Origin: Promethearchaeota archaeon
Lineage (GTDB): Archaea > Asgardarchaeota > Lokiarchaeia > Sigyniarchaeales > SOKP01
NCBI GenBank assembly: GCA_016840085.1
Contig: JAEOTA010000081.1
Span: forward strand, 207,562 to 271,561
Length of the DNA: 64,000 bases
Reading direction: 5' to 3'
Shown here: positions 60,421 to 64,000 of the stretch, one piece after another
Layout of the letters: each line of letters begins with the position of its first letter
Position numbering within the stretch: position 1 is the stretch's first letter
Notes under the pieces: model-generated
What the model was told of the DNA's origin: nothing
Seen by the model: the letters and a program-made list of their open reading frames with translations, nothing else
Databases searched by the model: none
Position numbers and translations under genes: made by a program

Positions 60421-61185
60421 TTGTCTATTCGACATATGAATTTTAATGAGAATCTTGAAAACTTCAAGAATAAAAGAGATCTTATTGAAGAATTAGATTT
60501 TTATAGATCTATTATTCTGAAAAAAGTAAAGAATGGGGAATATCATTCAGCTTTAGAAAAAATAAGATCAGCGTTAGTATTAATTCAAGAACATCAAGAT
60601 TCTTTTCATATTGAAAAACAACTTATAGATTTTTATGAATTGAATACCCAAATTAAAACAGAATTAGATCAACATAGAATTATTTATCAACGTCGTTTCA
60701 ACAATCTTTTAAGGGAAAAACTTGATGAATCTAATCTTGAAAATTTCTCAAAACTTTTAGCCATGCTTAAAAATGATGTTGATCAAAATTTAGAAAAATA
60801 TAATCTTGGCGATATAAGTGCAAATATCACAAAATATTTCAAATATATAAAAAGATTATATGAAATCTTCAGTTGTTACAAAGTATTAAATTATCATGAT
60901 GCTTCTGAAAAGATCTTTGAATTTGTTAAAGATGTAAAGACAGAGAAGTTTCCAAATCTAAAACTCCTAATATCATTAGTCTATCAAAATTTATTAAACT
61001 ATAGGTTATCCGAATACTCTAAAGAATTTGATAAAATCTCGATTTCTAACCTTTCTGAAAAAATGGCAATTAATCAAGATAGACTAATAGATTTCATTAA
61101 CTTGATTATGAAGAGACCAAAAAGCCCAATTAAAAGTTTCTTTCCTAACTCCCAAGAAGTCTATTTTAAAAAGTCATCCTTTTAG
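60421..61185 (+). CDS. Helical hypothetical protein with possible C-terminal PCI/winged-helix domain
   Basis: All-helical body ending in FDKISISNLSEKMAIN…LIDFINLIM…IKSFFPNSQEVYF. Confidence 0.55.
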   Translation: MSIRHMNFNENLENFKNKRDLIEELDFYRSIILKKVKNGEYHSALEKIRSALVLIQEHQDSFHIEKQLIDFYELNTQIKTELDQHRIIYQRRFNNLLREKLDESNLENFSKLLAMLKNDVDQNLEKYNLGDISANITKYFKYIKRLYEIFSCYKVLNYHDASEKIFEFVKDVKTEKFPNLKLLISLVYQNLLNYRLSEYSKEFDKISISNLSEKMAINQDRLIDFINLIMKRPKSPIKSFFPNSQEVYFKKSSF

Positions 61186-61198
61186 ATAAACTATAATA

Positions 61199-61417
61199 TT
61201 ATAACGCTCTGAAAAAATCTGGTCTTAAAAAATCAGTATGAGTGAGTCCATAATTTATAATTCCTAAAATTTTATCTTTTTCACGATCTAAAATCCCTTT
61301 TATTGGTAGATAATTGCTCGCATGGTTAGATCTAAAGACACAGTTGGCACTCTTGTTTTGGAATTGAATATTTTTGATGAATACCTTTAATTCCTTTAAA
61401 ATTTCAATAGAACCCAT
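61199..61417 (-). pseudogene. C-terminal fragment of a radical SAM protein
   Basis: EILKELK…VFRSNHASNYLPIKG…LRP is the C-terminal signature of a radical SAM subfamily. The CxxxCxxC core is absent. Confidence 0.7.
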
Positions 61418-61732
61418 TTATTAGTTTCGATCGATATTTTTCTAACGGGTTTTTTAATTATCTTTATACAATTAATATTTATTTCATCATTAACTTTTAT
61501 GATTTCCGCGTTAACTCGGAATATAGTACTTTCTTTCATATTGCCTTTTTTTTATGTAACTATTGAAGTATTTTTAGAAGATTTAGAATTAGGACTTCTT
61601 TCATACAGTTCTTACACGGTGAAAGTGATCTACTTTTTTGAAAATTTAATATTTTATGAAAAAATTGTTTTAAGTAATGTAACAATCATTTGTATAATTG
61701 TATTTTTTGGATTATCTATATTGATAATATGA
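61418..61732 (+). pseudogene. Internal fragment of a multi-TM (ABC-2 permease-like) gene
   Basis: The hydrophobic frame is open upstream of the tracked ATG (…FLTGFLIIFIQLIFISSLTFMISALTRN…). Both ends abut other gene fragments. Confidence 0.5.
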
Positions 61733-62331
61733 TAGGTAAGGGAATCATCCCCGCTTAATACAATAAAATATTCAGGAGTAGATCGTATAATTTTAGTTAT
61801 TTGGTCGATATCCCCGCTAGCACATTTAATCCCTACTATATTCTCCTTTGCATATGCTAATTTTGAGACCGTCTCAGGTTCCAATTTTCTTCCGGTTCGA
61901 CTGGGTACATCATAGAGAATAATCGGCAATGATACAGAATCGGCTATTGCGGAGAAATGGGTGATTAATGAGTGTTGAACAGGCTTGTTATAATACGGAA
62001 CAACTACAAGTATTCCATCTATACCAATACTTTCAGCATATTGTGAAAGTGAGATGGCTTCTTTTGTAGAATTTGATCCCGGACCCGCCAAGACAAAGGG
62101 ATCTTTTCCGCTACGTTTTGCTTCATCTACAGTTATATCCATCGCATAATGATGTTCTTCATGGGAAAGCGTTGCACTTTCACCAGTTGTTCCCATAGTA
62201 AGAATATTACACCCGTTCTCAGTCTGAAATCGAATAAACTCACGGTATTTCTCCTCATCTATAAAGAAATCTTCTCTAAAGGGAGTAATCATTGCGGTTA
62301 TTATATTTTGTAATTTATCTAAATTCGAAAT
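61654..62331 (-). pseudogene. dapA: 3'-truncated 4-hydroxy-tetrahydrodipicolinate synthase
   Basis: Motifs ITAMITPF, GTTGES, VPYYNKP, YDVPSRTG, GIKCASGD and LSGDD. Homology stops near 61730 and the frame runs into antisense of the permease fragment. The probable start is ATT 62331. Confidence 0.85.
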
Positions 62332-62561
62332 GGTATTATCACTTACTAAATAATAATTTAATAGAAGATATTTTTTCTAAATATTTAAAGAAAAAATGGG
62401 AAAGATAGGTTTATATCTACATTTTATTAATTTTATTTTAACTAAATTTCATGATTAGCTTGGTCAAATTATTTGCGAGTCTAACTAGATCTTTTAAGGG
62501 AGTTAGATATAGTAATTATATGTTGAAATTTTTAATTAGATTCCTTTATGAAGAAAAAATA

Positions 62562-63302
62562 TTAGGAAAGAAAATCATAAATGCCCTTTCGAGGTTTTGA
62601 AATTATTATTATCAATTTTAAAAATGCTTCTAAATATTTCTTATCTCTTATTATCTGGGGATCTTTATAATCTCCTTCAAGGTTTAAGATATCAGTTAAT
62701 TGCTTTAATACACTAGTACTATAAGTAAAACCGTTCAAATTTCTACTATATTTATGGATAAATTCTTTCAATATATTTAAAGCAATTTCTGACTTTAAGA
62801 ATTCTTCTGAACTTAAAAGCCCCGTTGGTACTATAATATTAAAATATTTTCCCATTTTCTCTATTATTTTTTCATTTAGAAGCTCTCTATGTTCGTCTAT
62901 AATATGATGAAATATATCGATTCTTTCAGTAAATAATCTGGAAGTTTCTCGAGTTAGATCCATGGAGACTGACATCCCTATTCTAGCTCCTGTTTTTAAT
63001 TGAATTATATTCCATAACATAGAAAATAATATATCTAAAGAATTTTCGAACTTTTCTGTAATTATCTCACTTTTACACCGATCTCTCACTTCTTTAGCAT
63101 ATTTTGACCCCTTGTTTGAAGATATTTTCAGAAACAACTGAAATAATTTTTCATCGTCAGGTATAATTTTTCCCCTTCCCGTTCTTAATGATCGATACTT
63201 AACAATAATATTGTAAAAGAAAATAGCTGAGGTTCGATTTTAAGGATATCTTACCACATATTTTGACAATAATCTAAAAATTTTTTGGTATTATATATTC
63301 AT
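62562..63302 (-). pseudogene. Hypothetical gene with decayed 5' end
   Basis: The same frame continues upstream of the tracked start 63137 to ATG 63302, with two in-frame TAA codons. Confidence 0.5.
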
Positions 63303-63747
63303 TTATTTTTCATTGAGTTATGTACTCAAAGAACAAAAAATTCATGTATGTAAGATACTATTGATTCAAATCCCAACTATTTCAGTATAACAGAACTTCT
63401 AATGGATGATATAAAAGAGTGTTAAATAATTTTACAGAGAAGTTAAGAACGTCTAAATCAATAAAATTTAATAAAGAATTAGTAAAGCAAGACCTTTCTA
63501 ATTATATAAAAAAAACCAACTTATCTACTAGATTAGATAATATTAAAAAAGATTAGATAATATTGCTTTATTATAGCACTCAAGAGACTTTTATAAATTT
63601 CCTTGATTGCAGTAATTTAATCCTTTATGAAAAAAATATTCATAATCATTATTTTCTTTATTAGTCATATTTTAATATGTGAATATTCATAGAATTAATG
63701 AGATGTTGTTAATTTAAATTTAAATTTAAATGGAGTGAATTTATAGA

Positions 63748-64000
63748 ATGTTAAATTTCACGGTAAAAGAGTCAAAAATAATACTTTTAATAGGGACTTG
63801 TTTGACCTCTACAATCTTATTAATTTACTTATTTAGGAGTTTAATATTCGGATTTTCTGAATTACCATATTATATAAGCCTTATTTTTATAGCTGGGCTG
63901 TTTTTATTTATGTTTGGATTAATTGCTTTAAAGAGTGCATCAAAAAAAAATTATCATATCATTAAGTTGAAAAATAAATACGAAGTAAAATCTGAAGATA
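63748..64000 (+). CDS. Membrane protein, 3'-truncated by window edge
   Basis: SD GGAGTGA, then ATG 63748. MLNFTVKESKIILLIG… has two TMs and is open to the window end. Confidence 0.6.
   Translation, partial: MLNFTVKESKIILLIGTCLTSTILLIYLFRSLIFGFSELPYYISLIFIAGLFLFMFGLIALKSASKKNYHIIKLKNKYEVKSED

Noticed and set aside
63530-63564. 15-bp direct repeat AGATTAGATAATATT x2
   Set aside because: Only two AT-rich copies in decayed sequence, probably a slippage duplication.

Overview
An AT-rich archaeal chromosomal segment, most consistent with an Asgard archaeon (Lokiarchaeia-like). The evidence is archaeal-type PheRS, TyrRS, RadA, PPAT and DUF1512, together with Vps29-like, LRR, PCI-like and longin-tailed proteins. 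1-9.5 kb is a variable surface-glycan locus (GT4 x2, GT2, two TagF-like glycerophosphotransferases, GDP-mannose dehydratase, a decayed FkbM gene). 9.5-17 kb holds rph-pheA-pheT-pheS, coaD and DUF1512. 17.4-18.7 kb is a broken, RuvC-mutated tnpB bracketed by a perfect 20-bp inverted repeat. 18.8-32 kb encodes AOR, acyl-CoA ligase, SCP2, HAD, PPDK, TyrRS, ACD-alpha, a Vps29-like protein and Fe-ADH. Next come an LRR protein, a histidine-utilisation cluster (hutU/H/I plus formiminotransferase), U32, LarA, aspartokinase, PGI-like and RadA with an unusual N-terminal extension. These are followed by a 1866-aa receptor-like surface protein, ACD-beta, a P-type ATPase, a membrane-protein trio and ACAD. 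The last 3 kb is a mosaic of gene fragments. No rRNA, tRNA or CRISPR array was seen. The main unexplained signals are four: (1) the tnpB 3'-flank 20-mer, in the expected omegaRNA guide position, is repeated in inverted form in the tnpB/AOR promoter region; (2) a Phe-rich leader ORF with attenuator-like alternative hairpins lies upstream of pheS-pheT-pheA; (3) three genes appear to initiate at ATT; (4) a displaced copy of the gmd 3' end brackets a tagF gene. All calls are by motif recognition; no database searches were run.
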